DNA from: Eledone cirrhosa
Taxonomy: Eukaryota
DNA length: 64,000 bases
Direction of reading: 5' to 3'
Assembly: GCA_964016885.1 (NCBI GenBank)
Contig: OZ024740.1
Location: 303,986,001 to 304,050,000, forward strand
Within the stretch, counting starts at the first letter, position 1, and the number at the start of each line of letters is the position of its first letter. The notes under the pieces were generated by a model. That model saw nothing but the letters and a program-made list of their open reading frames with translations, was not told the DNA's origin and ran no database searches. The translations under genes were made by a program, and so were the position numbers. Below, in pieces: positions 11,640-23,196 of the stretch.

Positions 11640-12030
11640 TCATCATCACCATTTAACGTCCATTTTTCCACACTAGCATGGGTTAGACAAGCCAAGTCAG
11701 ATGACCATGTCTTGCTCATACAGAACTGATTTTGGTTTGCTTTTTATAGCTGGATGCCCTCCCTAACGCCAACCACATCTACAGTGTGGACTGGGTGCTT
11801 TCTATCATGACATCTACACGACCACTTTACAGTGTAGAACGGGCACTTTATGTCATGTAACCTATACAACCACTTTACAGTGTGGGCTGGGCATTTTTTG
11901 CTGTGACACCTACACAACCACTTGACTGTGTGGGCTGGGTGCTTTTTGTCATGATACCTACACAAGCACTTTACAATGTGGGCTGGGTGCTTTTTGTTGT
12001 GTCACCTACATGATCACTTTATAGTGTGGG
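11640..12030 (-). mobile_element. RTE-derived 3' tail with about six tandem 47-49 bp units, in a POLR2K intron
   Basis: (CAT)n...CTAGCATGGGTTAGAC...GCTGGATGCCCT tail plus repeated CCACTTTACAGTGTGGGCTGGGTGCTTTT, as in the RTE 3'UTR at 31508-31800. Confidence 0.8.
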
Positions 12031-13539
12031 TAAATATGTATATTTGAATACGAATTCTTAGATTCCTTGACATTTTGATCGTCTTCTTAAAGTCAATCAA
12101 AGCTGGAGATGTAGCTATTTTCACCTAAACAAGCTGAGATAATTAATATACCTGACCGCTTATATGATTATCAATTTACTGTATATAAGCTGAGAAAAAT
12201 CTGACAAAAAAAAAAAAAAAATCGATGGTAAAATGTAAATTATATTCGATATCGATATTTTGCCGCTTTTCACCAACTTCAAATTTTATGTAAATAAGGT
12301 GGTACAATATCTGGAGTGAAACACTATTTTCTTTTACAACATCGTCATTGGTGTTATTTATGCATTCATTCCCTTGAAAATATTTCCAACAAATTTTTAT
12401 AATTTGAACTATTTAATGCTTTAATATCCCATACACATGCCCATGCGCACACCAATGTTTTTCTCAGACTTAATACTTTTTCTTTTAATCTTACGTAAGA
12501 TTGAAATCTCACTTCTGACTTCTATATTATTGCACTCTCCTTTCTCCGTCTCACTTGCTGTCCCTCCCTCTATGAATCCCTATACTCTCAGCATGCATAT
12601 GAGTGGTTGGAAATAAACCTAAATTTGAAAAAACTTGTTGAAACTATAAAATGGATGAAATGGTAAATCATTATGTAATGGAGTTGTGAAACAAAAACTA
12701 AACTTTAAACAACATCATCGAAACATAATAAATTGATTAGTTGACTTTGCTTATAAATGGGGTTTAGATTTTTGCCCATTTCTCAGACATAAAATAGGGG
12801 GTTGGCTTATATTCAAGTATGTATTGTAGTTATTTCATTCACTGTTATAAGCAGTAGAACATAAAATTACCAAGTGTTTGATAGTTCCCAATGATGAGCC
12901 CAAATCCTCTCATCATACATGTTACTAATAGTAATGAGCTTTGTTGATTTTATCTTTTAATTGTGCCTTTATGACCTAAGAGGTTATGTAAATCACATGA
13001 ATTGAAGAAAGAAAATTGATTAATACTTAGCTAGAGTTAAATAACTATTTGATCTTGTCATATCACATATGAAATATAGGATGGAAAAACATGGACAGGA
13101 AGGCATTAAAGTGATCATTTCAATGTTCTCATATTTAAATCAATGAGAATTTTTCATCTCATCTATAGACCAAAGGCATGACTACCTCAACATCTTCCAC
13201 TACCTCTTTTTTACAACTATATTTTCACTACAGCTATCACCAGTTCTAATGAGTTTGATTTAAGAAACACAAACTATTAACAATCTGAACAGTTTGTGGA
13301 TGGACTTCATTCTATAGGGGTTCTTATTGCTAACTACACCTTAAATCTGCCAAAGTACCAAAGATTTATATATATCTATATCTTTTGTGTACCCATTGCT
13401 ATGGTATACATTGCCATAGCAGTTAGGATTTATTTCTGCCAAAGTTTTTAAATTTCTAAACTTTACCATGATGAAATAAATTGGAATGACATTTAGATCC
13501 ACCTGTATGTATTAAAACCAAATGAGGAAATTATTTTAC

Positions 13540-13609
13540 CTCCACATATATAAATCATTGCACTTTTTCTTGCAGTTGCCTGGTTATTGTCTTTGTTTTG
13601 CTGCTCCAT
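13540..13609 (-). CDS. POLR2K: POLR2K first coding exon (MEQQNKDNNQATARKSAMIYICG); exon spans 13540-13619
   Basis: Acceptor TTACTACAG, ATG at 13609, MIYICG motif, donor G|GTAAAA. Spliced CDS is 70+93+23 = 186 nt, or 61 aa plus stop. Confidence 0.95.
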
Positions 13610-14169
13610 TGCTTGATTGCTGTAGTAAGACAAATCAATAATCAATTGTAAATAAATAAGAGTCCAACTCTATAGTTTGTGATAGTATAAATACTGCAAA
13701 TAGAGAGGAGACAGGTTATTGGGGCAAAATAACAAAAAAGAAACAACATTGACTATGCATTTTTCCAAATCATTATTCAGTACCATCCTTGCTAACAGTG
13801 ACAATATTCAATATTTAATCTATTTGAGAGTACAAAGACATAGAAAACAGCCATAAAATTGACAATGTTGATGACTTGCATTTATTGACAAAAATGTTTA
13901 AATGTTGTCTGTCACGAAGTGAAAAGTATACACTGCCAGTGATTCATTCAGGTTTACTGCTGCATTAAGGAAACAAAAGCCCAATTCACTCAGAGCCGGT
14001 TAACAAAAGGGTTAAGGATGAATCTTGGAAGACTGCATATGTAGTAACAGCACAGTCGAAGGTGTGGGAGTAGTACTCAGTACTTTGACGTGGGCCCCAC
14101 CAAAGCATGTAGAATTATAGTGCCTTGAAAGAGAATACCAATATCGGCTGTTGGATAGACTTAAAAAGA

Positions 14170-14440
14170 CAAGATGACCATAGCTGACCTGAAGCTAGTA
14201 TCGGCAGCTCTCTGGTAGGTTTGTGGTAGAACCTGTAGCAGTAGAGACTTCCGGCATTTTTTACCCTAGGACAACTATTGGAGTGGAGTTCGCTGCCCGG
14301 AGGTTCGAGCCCGTGAGGTGGAGTGGCTGTTTCAGCATGTCTCCGGGGCAATGTGTTCTCCATCCTGTCGGTTGGGACCCAAAGGCGGAGGCTAAGTTAG
14401 TTAGAGGTGGAAGATACTCGTTCGGACGCCATACATTTCC
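14170..14440 (+). mobile_element. CRE-like non-LTR retrotransposon 3' fragment (REL endonuclease end)
   Basis: YRQLSGRFVVEPVAVETSG...EVEWLFQHVS...GNVFSILS resembles the CRE C-terminus (FxPVAVETxG...WLFQRLS...GNAxSIL). Confidence 0.6.
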
Positions 14441-14754
14441 TCTTCTCATCCCGCTTTCACTCACTCTATGTATTATGTATGCGCTTCTTCATGTGATATC
14501 AACATTCTCTCTATTCCAATTTTAGAATACCTAATGTCGAAGCAAGTTCTTTCACTTTAATGACTGTATTTTTACAAAGAATAACAGTAGTACACAATAC
14601 GGTAACAACACCGCACACTGGACCTTTCGTTTTTAGTTTGTACCTATGAACAAAGTCTATTTCGTAATAATATATGTTTGATTTAGATATGCTATTATTG
14701 TTTAGCACCGAGTTAGCTCTGACCGAGCAGAATTATGAAGAAAGATGTTCCAGC

Positions 14755-15127
14755 GAATACAAACGGCCGAAATGGTTTTCCTCCGAAGGGTCTTTGGAGT
14801 AACGTTACTCGATAGAATACGTAGCTCGGAGATCAGAGTCACTCCAGGTGGAGCCACTACTCTCCGAATTGAGAGATCACAGCTCCGATACTATGGGTAT
14901 GTGGTTAGAATGTCTCAGGAAAGAATCGCTGGTCAGATTTTATGGGCAAAACCAACCAGCAGGAGACACGGGGGTAGACCCTGAACAAGATGGTTGGATA
15001 ATATCCCTGAGTTCGGCTGGTCTCGCTTGGAGATCCAGCCGGATCAGTTATGTGACAGGACTCGCTGGAAGGAGTGCTTGAGGACTCTGGCCCCACATTC
15101 TTCTCAGGAATAAGTGGAAGAAGAAGG
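14755..15127 (+). mobile_element. 5'-truncated RTE LINE with (GAA)n tail, inserted into a SINE (host about 14695-15280)
   Basis: AEMVFLRRVFGVTLLDRIRSSEIR...QLRYYGYVVRM. Flanking duplication GAAAGATGTTCCAGCG / GAAGGACGTTCCAGCG. Confidence 0.85.
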
Positions 15128-15363
15128 AAGGACGTTCCAGCGTGACCATCACATCTTTTTTCTCTCGGATATAGCGTAGCCAGGACTACATTATCCACTT
15201 CGTTTTTTCTCTTTCAAGAGGGTAGTGTGATTTTTTGAATTGGTTTCTATTTCTAGGAAGTCCAAAGTCTACATAGAGGCTCAAAGATAGAACAATGACG
15301 TATAAGGCTTCTTCGTTTATTCGGCTTCATCTATATATATATTTAAACTGGCATTTAAATAAT

Positions 15364-15469
15364 TGCTTCTACTTTAGGCACAAGGCCAGAAATTACCCAG
15401 TGCATTACTGGTACTTTATTTTATCGACCCCGTAAGGATGAAAGGCAAAGTCAACCTCGGCGGGATTTG
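15364..15469 (-). mobile_element. 5'-truncated tRNA-derived SINE with an 18-bp TSD
   Basis: TSD AACTGGCATTTAAATAAT at 15346-15363 and 15470-15487. Body GCCGAGGTTGACTTTGCCTTTCATCC...GATAAAATAAAGTACCAGT also at 20060-20165, 50015-50058 and 54530-54705. Confidence 0.85.
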
Positions 15470-15651
15470 AACTGGCATTTAAATAATATTAACACGTGGT
15501 AACAATGTGGAGTGAATAGAGTATATTGTTTTGCAAACATTTTGTTAAATTGCTTCAAATAAACGTAATTAAATATTGAATTATTAGATAAGGAATAACA
15601 ACAATAGAAATAGCTAAAACTACAAGGAGTAAATAGTATAAATGAACTTAC

Positions 15652-15765
15652 AGTTAACAAAATAAAATTATGGGAAGTTGGTGAATACGAAGCTTAGAAA
15701 TATCAAGAATAATCGAGAGTTAGAAAAAGATACATTCGCGTTGACGAGAGTTGGTGAATCTCCTG
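15652..15765 (-). other. POLR2K: Probable non-coding first exon of POLR2K
   Basis: Donor ACT|GTAAGT at 15651 next to a CpG-retaining patch. The TSS position is approximate. Confidence 0.55.
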
Positions 15766-15769
15766 AGAA

Positions 15770-16105
15770 AAATTTTTTTTTTAGTTTATCAGTTCCACTG
15801 AAAATGATTTTTGTTTACATAATTAACAGTTGTAGTTTATGTTCGTAAAATAAATTAATAAAATAAAGTTTATCTTAAATTTGTTTACATTGTGGCTTCC
15901 GTAACGATGTCGTGACCATGCCATACTTCCGGTTAAAATGTTTCGTTGTAATCGTGTTAACCATAGTGATGTCTCGCCGACTTTCAGGTGCTACTTGTGT
16001 TGCTATAAATGCTAATGAAATTCTCTTAGTCCCTCTTGTTTTGCCGTAATTCATCATAATGCGTAGACATGTATTTCTATGGCGAACACGTCATTGATTA
16101 ACACG
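15770..16105 (-). promoter_or_regulatory. Probable POLR2K housekeeping promoter
   Basis: Local CpG enrichment, ETS/GABP-type ACTTCCGG at 15925-15932, and ATGGCG and ACGTCA motifs near 16080-16095. Confidence 0.5.
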
Positions 16106-16107
16106 AA

Positions 16108-16400
16108 CTCTCACGTCTCAAATAATAAAGGATGGGGATCGGTAATATTTCTAGCTTGTCTCCCTTGATTAAAAAAAACCCAGAATTAGTCGTTTAGTTT
16201 GCATATTGAGACCCCCAACCCATCCTATTTATTTTATAATGTATGGGATTTCTAGTAATGTACTTTTTTTTGTCAGGTAAAATGTTTTTTAATGTCTAAT
16301 GAAAATTGTTTATCGTAGGAATGCTACAACTTAAAATAAAATTTCACTGGAGATAGATTAGCAAAATTAAATAAGTGGGAGGGGTGGAATAAGACCGTTT
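16108..16400 (+). mobile_element. MITE-like element (family of 3215-3450)
   Basis: Direct homology to 4092-4340 and 56140-56524. Confidence 0.65.
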
Positions 16401-16419
16401 TGGAGGGTGTGGTTTGGTA

Positions 16420-16665
16420 CTGTAGTATTTACCAGAGCAAGAACAAAGTTTGGGCACTACAACGCTATTAGCTGTCAGTCGAAGCAGCCGATGAAAGCAA
16501 AACATCGTTTATTTCCGTATTACTACCACGCGTAAGTGGAGTTACTTAACTTAAATTTTTTAATTTTTTAACGCGTTTTTTATTTTTTTTTTATTAAAGC
16601 ATATAAATGTAAGTGGAGTTACTTAAATGAAAATATAGGTAGCCCTTAAAAGGGCCAAATTAGAA
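16420..16665 (+). mobile_element. Unclassified dispersed repeat, inverted copy of 44560-44890
   Basis: Shared GGCACTACAACGCTATTAGCTGTCAGTC, ATTTCCGTATTACTACCACGC and AAGTGGAGTTACTTAAATGAAAATATAGGT. Confidence 0.75.
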
Positions 16666-16728
16666 TATACCGCTGCGTTTTTACAGTTTTACTAGTTACA
16701 CATACACACGCACACACATATATATACA

Positions 16729-16809
16729 CACGGTGTCCCCCCTCCAAAATATATACACACTTTGATTACTTTGTTGTTGAAGTGTGTATACATTTTTTGG
16801 GACACTGTG
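16729..16809. mobile_element. Tiny Tc1/mariner-like foldback MITE
   Basis: Imperfect TIRs CACGGTGTCCC...AAAATATATACACACTT / AAGTGTGTATACATTTTTTGGGACACTGTG. Confidence 0.6.
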
Positions 16810-17642
16810 TTTGTATATATATATATATAAAATATTTATATTACAACACAACGGAAAATACTGTATATATATATATATATATTGGGGGAAGGGAGAAATT
16901 TTTGGATGCTATACCTGACATAATAAAAAACCAAAATACACCCCTAACATTTGTCGGAATATCAATCACGAGAGTAGATAAATAAATATATAAATACATA
17001 AATAGGAAATGATAGAAAAGGAAAAGAAAATCAATACATTATGTAATATTCCCAGTCACCCCTAAATTTTCCCTAAATCTCAAAACCGGGAGGGAAAAGT
17101 CCGAGGGTTAAAATCCCAAATGATGGTACCTCAAATACTAGTGTATCCTTTCGCATTCTCTATTACTGCTTCCCCGTTCTCTCTGTTTCTCTCGCCTTCT
17201 TTCGCCCCCTATGTCAGTTACACTTTCTCTCGACTGACCTCTTCCTCGCACTTCCACTCACTCACTCTCTGTTTCTCCCCTTCTCACTTCCTCCCATTTG
17301 GCTAGTAGTGGGGTCCTTTCTTGCTCACATCTCACACACGTCGGACGGTCTGTATTTTGATCGCTCGTGAAATCCACCCAGTTTATGCTGACCGGATAAC
17401 CATGTTGCTTGTTTTTTTCCTATCTTCAGTTTGCTTTTATCCTTCTATGTTGTTTACTTGTCTCACTCGCTTTACGCGATTCACTTGTCCCAATAGCTTT
17501 TTTTAGTTATTGCTCGCACCAACCTGAGGTATATGATTTTTAATGCGATGAAATACCAATGATGGTTGGCAAATCACTGACGAGGGACTAATTTTATCAT
17601 ATGTAACCCATGTGCAACCACGCAGTATTTCTCTTTCTTCTC

Positions 17643-17705
<63 letters not shown>

Positions 17706-17712
17706 TAAAATA

Positions 17713-17788
17713 ACAGATTAAAGTTTAAGCAAAGAATCGCTGCTTTCACCCTTAACGGGATCTTCTGAAACTAACAAAGTCAATCTGT
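17713..17788 (-). ncRNA. Type I hammerhead ribozyme-like motif, variant core CAGAAGA (same family as 31034-31112)
   Basis: AGTTT-CAGAAGA-TCCCGTTAAGGGT-GAAA-GCA...TGC-TT^AAACT with distal stem ACAGATTG/TAATCTGT. Confidence 0.7.
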
Positions 17789-17859
17789 AAACGCAGAACT
17801 GGATATTTTAAAAAACGTTGCAACCGGAGGAAGACAGGAAGACGATACTTTGGTTCGTG

Positions 17860-18125
17860 GTAACGTTCGCTGGCAAAGAACGGGAAAAAACGAATAATAC
17901 GTCATTAATAGGAGCGGTGAAAAACAATTACGCGCAAAGACAAAACCACGTTTATGGTATAAAAGAGGTCGTAGACTAATGTTCTCTTAGGTGGTGCATA
18001 GAGACGTTCTCTGGCAATGAACGAAAAAACGAAGATAATAAGTCATATGTGGAGCGTGGAGAACAATAGCACGCAAAGACAAAACCACGTAAATGGTATA
18101 GCAGAAATCGTAGACTAAAATTCTC
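17860..18125. repeat. Diverged tandem duplication, period about 143 bp
   Basis: ACGTTC.CTGGCAA.GAACG...CGCAAAGACAAAACCACGT..ATGGTATA...TCGTAGACTAA occurs twice. Confidence 0.8.
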
Positions 18126-18164
18126 GAGCCCTCTTTGGATTTTAGCCTTCAATTTTATTATTAT

Positions 18165-18205
<41 letters not shown>

Positions 18206-18749
18206 AAAATCTTTCCCTCTGTCTATCTCTTTCCCTCTCTGTCTATCTTTTGCCATAAAAACGATAATGATAATCAATTCAATTAAGAAATATATATATA
18301 TATATATATTATTAGTATTATTATTAAAATTAAATACCATTTATTCTGCGGCAGAGAGCTTCATCTTCTCCATCATTCGCTCCTCCAGAATCGTAGTACT
18401 CGTCGTTATTGTATGTGTGTGTTTCTGCGTATATATATATATGTGGTGTGTATATGTATATATGTTTGCGATCGCCACTCTCGCCCTTCGTGAGGAGAAT
18501 GCTGTGTACGTATGTATATATATATATATGTGTGTATGTGTGTGCTTGGAATATTTACCAATGGTTGGTATATCGATGAACCTCTGATAGGCTTATACAG
18601 AATTAATGGATCTCGTATCGGTTCCTTTCGTTCGATCACCAAGAACTACACACACATTTGAATTTATAATGTAGATGGTTAAATGTTTCACAAACACTTG
18701 TACTCCCTTACTTTAACATACCCCTCCCCCATATACACATACTATGTGG

Positions 18750-18940
18750 GCACTCAGTTTGCTAAAAATAACAGCCAATTCTTTCCACCCACCTTAAAAA
18801 AATATTAAGAAAGAACACGATGTCCGATAATGTACTTATTAGATACACCTAAAACGACGGGATGGTCGTGGCTGGAATACCGTTGATCATAATGGAATTC
18901 TGTGGTTTAGTCAAGGTTGACCTAGGGCTAAACAACAACC
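18750..18940 (+). mobile_element. SINE 3' part with (CAA)n tail (family also at 14695-15280 and 54800-55100)
   Basis: GGGATGGTCGTGGCTGGAA...GTTGACCTAGGGCTAAACAACAAC. Confidence 0.6.
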
Positions 18941-19034
18941 CTTGCCCCTCAGGTGAAGGGGCCTTACTATCATGGAACGGGAATATTGTGATGGGACCCG
19001 ACTTTTCCCCGCCCCCCTCGGTCTAGCCTCGCAG

Positions 19035-19105
19035 GTACAGTCGAGTCCGCTTAAGAGTATACCCTCGGGAATGGAAAATAGTATACTCTTATCCGGACTA
19101 AGTAA
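19035..19105 (+). mobile_element. pogo/Tigger-like transposon end with an internal hairpin
   Basis: TA-CAGTCGAGTCCG.TTAAGAGTATAC...GTATACTCTTATCCGGAC. No partner end was found. Confidence 0.45.
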
Positions 19106-19414
19106 AAATATTCCATAGTATTATTATTTTGAGTCTTTCAATGATTAACAATCGCTTTATTATCGTTTAAAATGCAAGTCAACAAAACTCTCTTGCAACA
19201 TTGTAGAGTGAATGTAAAATTTTATAAGCTTCAGCTTTGAGAAACTACTCTCACCATTTTCCATCGATACTGGAAGTGTGAAAAGGATGCTCAATGCAAT
19301 AGCATCATTTGAGCGATATAAAAAATTTTCCCGATTTTAGAATTATTCCAGTTTATCATTTTTCCGAACTTACAAGGAAAAAATACGTATATACGTATTC
19401 ACATATTTAGAGGT

Positions 19415-19590
19415 AATATCACGTGAACACAATCACGTGACAAATCACATTATTCTTTCAAAAGGAAAAGTTTGGCGCCAAATTCTCTTAGTGTTGTCTG
19501 AGGAACCGGGGTTATTCCATTTCTGTCAACAACTTACTGGCGAAACAGACCTCTTTGGATTTGTACGTGTTATATAGTTATAGAGGTATT
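19415..19590 (+). promoter_or_regulatory. Putative promoter and first exon of an unidentified plus-strand transcript
   Basis: Two TCACGTGA E-boxes (19419-19426, 19433-19440), palindromic E2F-type TTTGGCGCCAAA (19471-19482), and candidate donors at 19563 and 19586. Confidence 0.5.
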
Positions 19591-19732
19591 TATTTACGCT
19601 TTAATTTATATTTTTAATTATCGTGTCTATAGTCTGCCTTTCATAGGTTATAGATTCCATACACTGGTGGTTTTTTCCCTGTTTTATTGATAGCGCACTG
19701 TATATCTCTCTCTAGTGTGTTACCTTTTCAAC

Positions 19733-19786
<54 letters not shown>

Positions 19787-20544
19787 TGTGTGTGTGTGTT
19801 TGTATATAAAAATAAAGAAGAAAGACGGTATCACTTGTTCATCCCTATTTATTTTATTATACTTATTTCGAAGACATATGTCATTTGTATAATATCTGCC
19901 CTACGTGTTTTCTTCCGACAAAAATCCATGCAAGATGTAAATATCCATTGATATCCGTTGATATGAGAACACGTAGGGCCGATGTTATACAAATGAAATA
20001 CGCATAATAAAATAAATAGGGATGGGAAAATGATACCGTCTTTCTTGTTTATTATTATAACCTGCCGAGGTTAACTTTGCCTTTCATCCTTATGCGGTCG
20101 ATAAAATAAAGTACCAGTAATACACTGGGTAATTGCTGGCCCTGTGCCAAAGTAGAAACAATTATTATAATAAAACTCCGTATAAACATAAACTGTTGAG
20201 TGTTTGTCATCTCTTATGAAAGAGTCGACAGATTTTCAATCAACCAACTTTCCTTAGTTGAATAAATATATGTATGTATATATATACGTATATTTTCTTT
20301 AATATTGCAACATTAAAGGAATATATTCTTCTGAAAGAATCGCGAGCAATTTATAATGTTATTTAAGCATTGGTAATGTTATTTATGTATATATTTAAAA
20401 CATATTTGCTATGTTATTCTACTGTACATTTATTTATATGCTTTGTATATATTATATATACACAAATAATGAATCTGTATATTAAAACATCGTTTGTATT
20501 ATTCAATCAGTTTATTGAACAACTAGAATGCTCATCGTCAAGTA

Positions 20545-20547
20545 CTT

Positions 20548-20586
<39 letters not shown>

Positions 20587-20989
20587 ATGTATGTATTAAT
20601 CTATATATATGTATATATATGTATGTATATCTATATATATGTGTGTGTATGTATATATACGTGTGTATGTATATATATATGTGTGTGTATGCATATATGT
20701 ATGTGTATGCATATGTGTGTGTATGTATATATATATATGTGTGTATGCATATATGTGTGTGTGTATGTATATATATGTATGTATATATATATATGTATAT
20801 ATATATATGAAGATAAATTAACGGAGCCATAGAGTCGCGTTATTCCCTGTAAATTATGTGCTCAAAGGGAAAGGAATCCTATACATATTGTATATGTATA
20901 TATATATGCATGTATGTATATGTGTATATATATGCATGTATATCTGTATTTGTATATATGTATATGTGTGTATGTATGTATATATATGA

Positions 20990-21063
<74 letters not shown>

Positions 21064-21070
21064 ATATATA
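20545..21070. repeat. (TA)n/(TG)n compound microsatellites
   Basis: Seen directly. Confidence 0.95.
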
Positions 21071-21071
21071 T

Positions 21072-21812
21072 AGGTGTAATCTGAACAGTATGGTAGAATA
21101 TTAAGTGTTAAATGTTAATTGAACAAGTACTTTCATGCTTTCGCAATCTTCAGGTTCATATTCTATGGTGACACTCAAGTTTGTAATTTTCAACTGTAAT
21201 GAGATGGGGAAATTTTGAGCCTTATATACAGTGAAAAGTGGCTAGAGAATGCTAAATTTTGCAAACTGTATTTCGACCAATTGGTGTGTAGTTTCACTGG
21301 ATTACTGAAGCTGTTTGGTTTAGGCATCATGGTTGGTTGAGCATGTCTAACAACTTCTATTTGGCTCTATGCAAAGCATCTATTGTTTTGCTATTTTTAG
21401 AAAGGATGTAAATAGCATTTTCTAGGGTTTTTATACCCCTAAGAATTATTATTGTTCATTTAGCTTGGGTTGGAATTTATCAATAAAATTCTTTTCTTTG
21501 ATTTTTCTCTTGATTTCACTTGGCCTGTGTAATTTGTAGAATGGAAATATTATAAATATTTTCTGACCACATGTTGCTAGATGGTTACTCAGGGGTATCT
21601 GACGGACATTTGGGTCTATGATTTGCTGTCGGTGCATCCGTGCACGTTCCGATAGTGCATTTCCAGTTTGACCGACATATAGTTCTTCACTATTCGGGCA
21701 TTTAATACAGTAAATTAGATTTCTGCTTTTGCAGTTCATATTTGCATTTGGGAATATTTTTCAAAATTCCAACCCAAGCTAAATGAACAATAATAATTCT
21801 TAGGGGTATAAA
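21072..21812 (-). mobile_element. 5'-truncated Penelope-like element: GIY-YIG endonuclease, 3' pLTR with hammerhead, short inverted repeat at the 5' end
   Basis: ORF 21449-21739 reads NCKSRNLIYCIKC...YVGQTG..L..R...H...H...E...I...PKLN. About 21765-21812 is an inverted copy of about 21428-21478. Confidence 0.9.
21094..21165 (-). ncRNA. Minimal type I hammerhead ribozyme in the Penelope pLTR
   Basis: TGAAC-CTGAAGA-TTGCGAAAGCAT-GAAA-GTAC-TT^GTTCA with palindromic stem III AAGTACTT and distal stem TAGAATAT/ATATTCTA. Confidence 0.8.
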
Positions 21813-22102
21813 AATTACCCCAACCCTTAAACTAAACCCTAAACTATACCCCAACCATAAAACTAAACCCTAAACATTACCCCAACCCTAAAACTAAACC
21901 CTAAACTTTACCCCAAACCTAAAACTAAACCCTAAACTTTACCCCAAACCTAAAACTAAACCCTAAACTTTACCCCAAACCTAAAACTAAACCCTAAACT
22001 TTACCCCAACCCTAAAACTAAACCCTAAACTTTACCCCAACCCTAAAACTAAACCCTAAACATTACCCCAACCCTAAACCTAACCCAGGGAAATAAGTTG
22101 AT
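21813..22102. repeat. Telomere-like minisatellite, 31-bp unit CCCTAAACTTTACCCCAA(A/C)CCTAAAACTAAA, about 8-9 copies
   Basis: Seen directly. Ends in TAACCCAGGGAAATAAGTTGAT. Confidence 0.9.
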
Positions 22103-22354
22103 TGGAAGCATCTAGGAGGTCAGATTAATTAATAGCACAGGAAATATACCGAAAATGATTAAGTCCCACAACATGTGAGTGGGGTGTAGATCTGCAAAAC
22201 TCTTCCCCTCTCCCTCTCCTCTTTCTCCAAAGCTAGTTGTTTGTGACTGGTTTGGAAGTCATATTCACTGATAACGCATGAAAATAGAATCAAAGAGAAA
22301 ATTCTGAGTAAGCAGGGGTTATCCTGGATGAATAGGATGAATAGGATGAAAAAA

Positions 22355-22790
22355 TTTCACATCACATCACACCACATCAAATCACTCCGCACGCCATCAC
22401 ATCACATCACGTCACGTCACGTCACGTCTCATCTCGTCACGTCTCATCTCGTCTCGTCTCGTCTCGCCTCGCCTCATTTCACCACGCCACGCCACATTTC
22501 ATCACATCACATCACACCACATCACATCACATCACGTCACGTCTCGTCTTGTCTCGTCTCGCCTCGCCTCATTTCTCCACGCCACGCCACATTTCATCAC
22601 ATCACATCACATTTCACCACACCACGCCACATCACATCATATGCCATCACACCACATGCTACCACACTACATCCCACCACACTCCACTACACCATATCCC
22701 CCACCCTACATTGAACCACACTCCACTACACCACACCACTGTCCACTACACTAAACCACACTCCACTACACTACACCACACCACACTACT
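22355..22790. repeat. Drifting pentanucleotide microsatellite (CATCA/CGTCA/CGTCT/CACCA/CACTA)
   Basis: Seen directly. Confidence 0.9.
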
Positions 22791-23165
22791 GTCTATTTGA
22801 CTGTTTTCTATATCGTAGGTATGTCCAGTTACAGTAAGAGAAAGAAAGTTATTTCAAAGGATCTGAGTAAGTAAACACTTCATTGACCATCATTTTAAGC
22901 AGAATCTCAGTGTAGTTTTAAATTGACCTTTTCATATGATTACACCTCAGTCTTAACTTAATCACCTGTAGATGGTTGCTACATGTAATGTTAAAATTAG
23001 TTAAACACTGTTTCCCCCTTCTCATCACATGTGGATGCTACATGTGTATTGTTAACATTAATCTAACGTTGTGCCCCCCCCCCCCCCCCCCCGCCTCACC
23101 ATATCATACCACACCACATCACACCATGTTGTACCACACCAGACCACATAACACTATGCTATACC

Positions 23166-23196
<31 letters not shown>

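Noticed and set aside
11770-12030. Regular 47-49 bp repeats as a CRISPR-like array
   Set aside because: Whole units are homologous with no unique spacers, they derive from the RTE 3'UTR, and the context is eukaryotic with no cas genes.
17100-17650. Pyrimidine- and CpG-rich stretch as a promoter; CTGACGA-GGG...CCC as a hammerhead
   Set aside because: Looks like decayed pLTR-type repeat. GAAA and stems I and III are missing.
19491-19570. CTGAGGA...GAAAC hammerhead-like core in the putative first exon
   Set aside because: Stem I cannot form and there is no repeat context, so it is likely chance.
21813-22085. True or interstitial telomere
   Set aside because: The unit is a 31-bp composite, not pure (TTAGGG)n, and it ends in a TE-like terminal motif.
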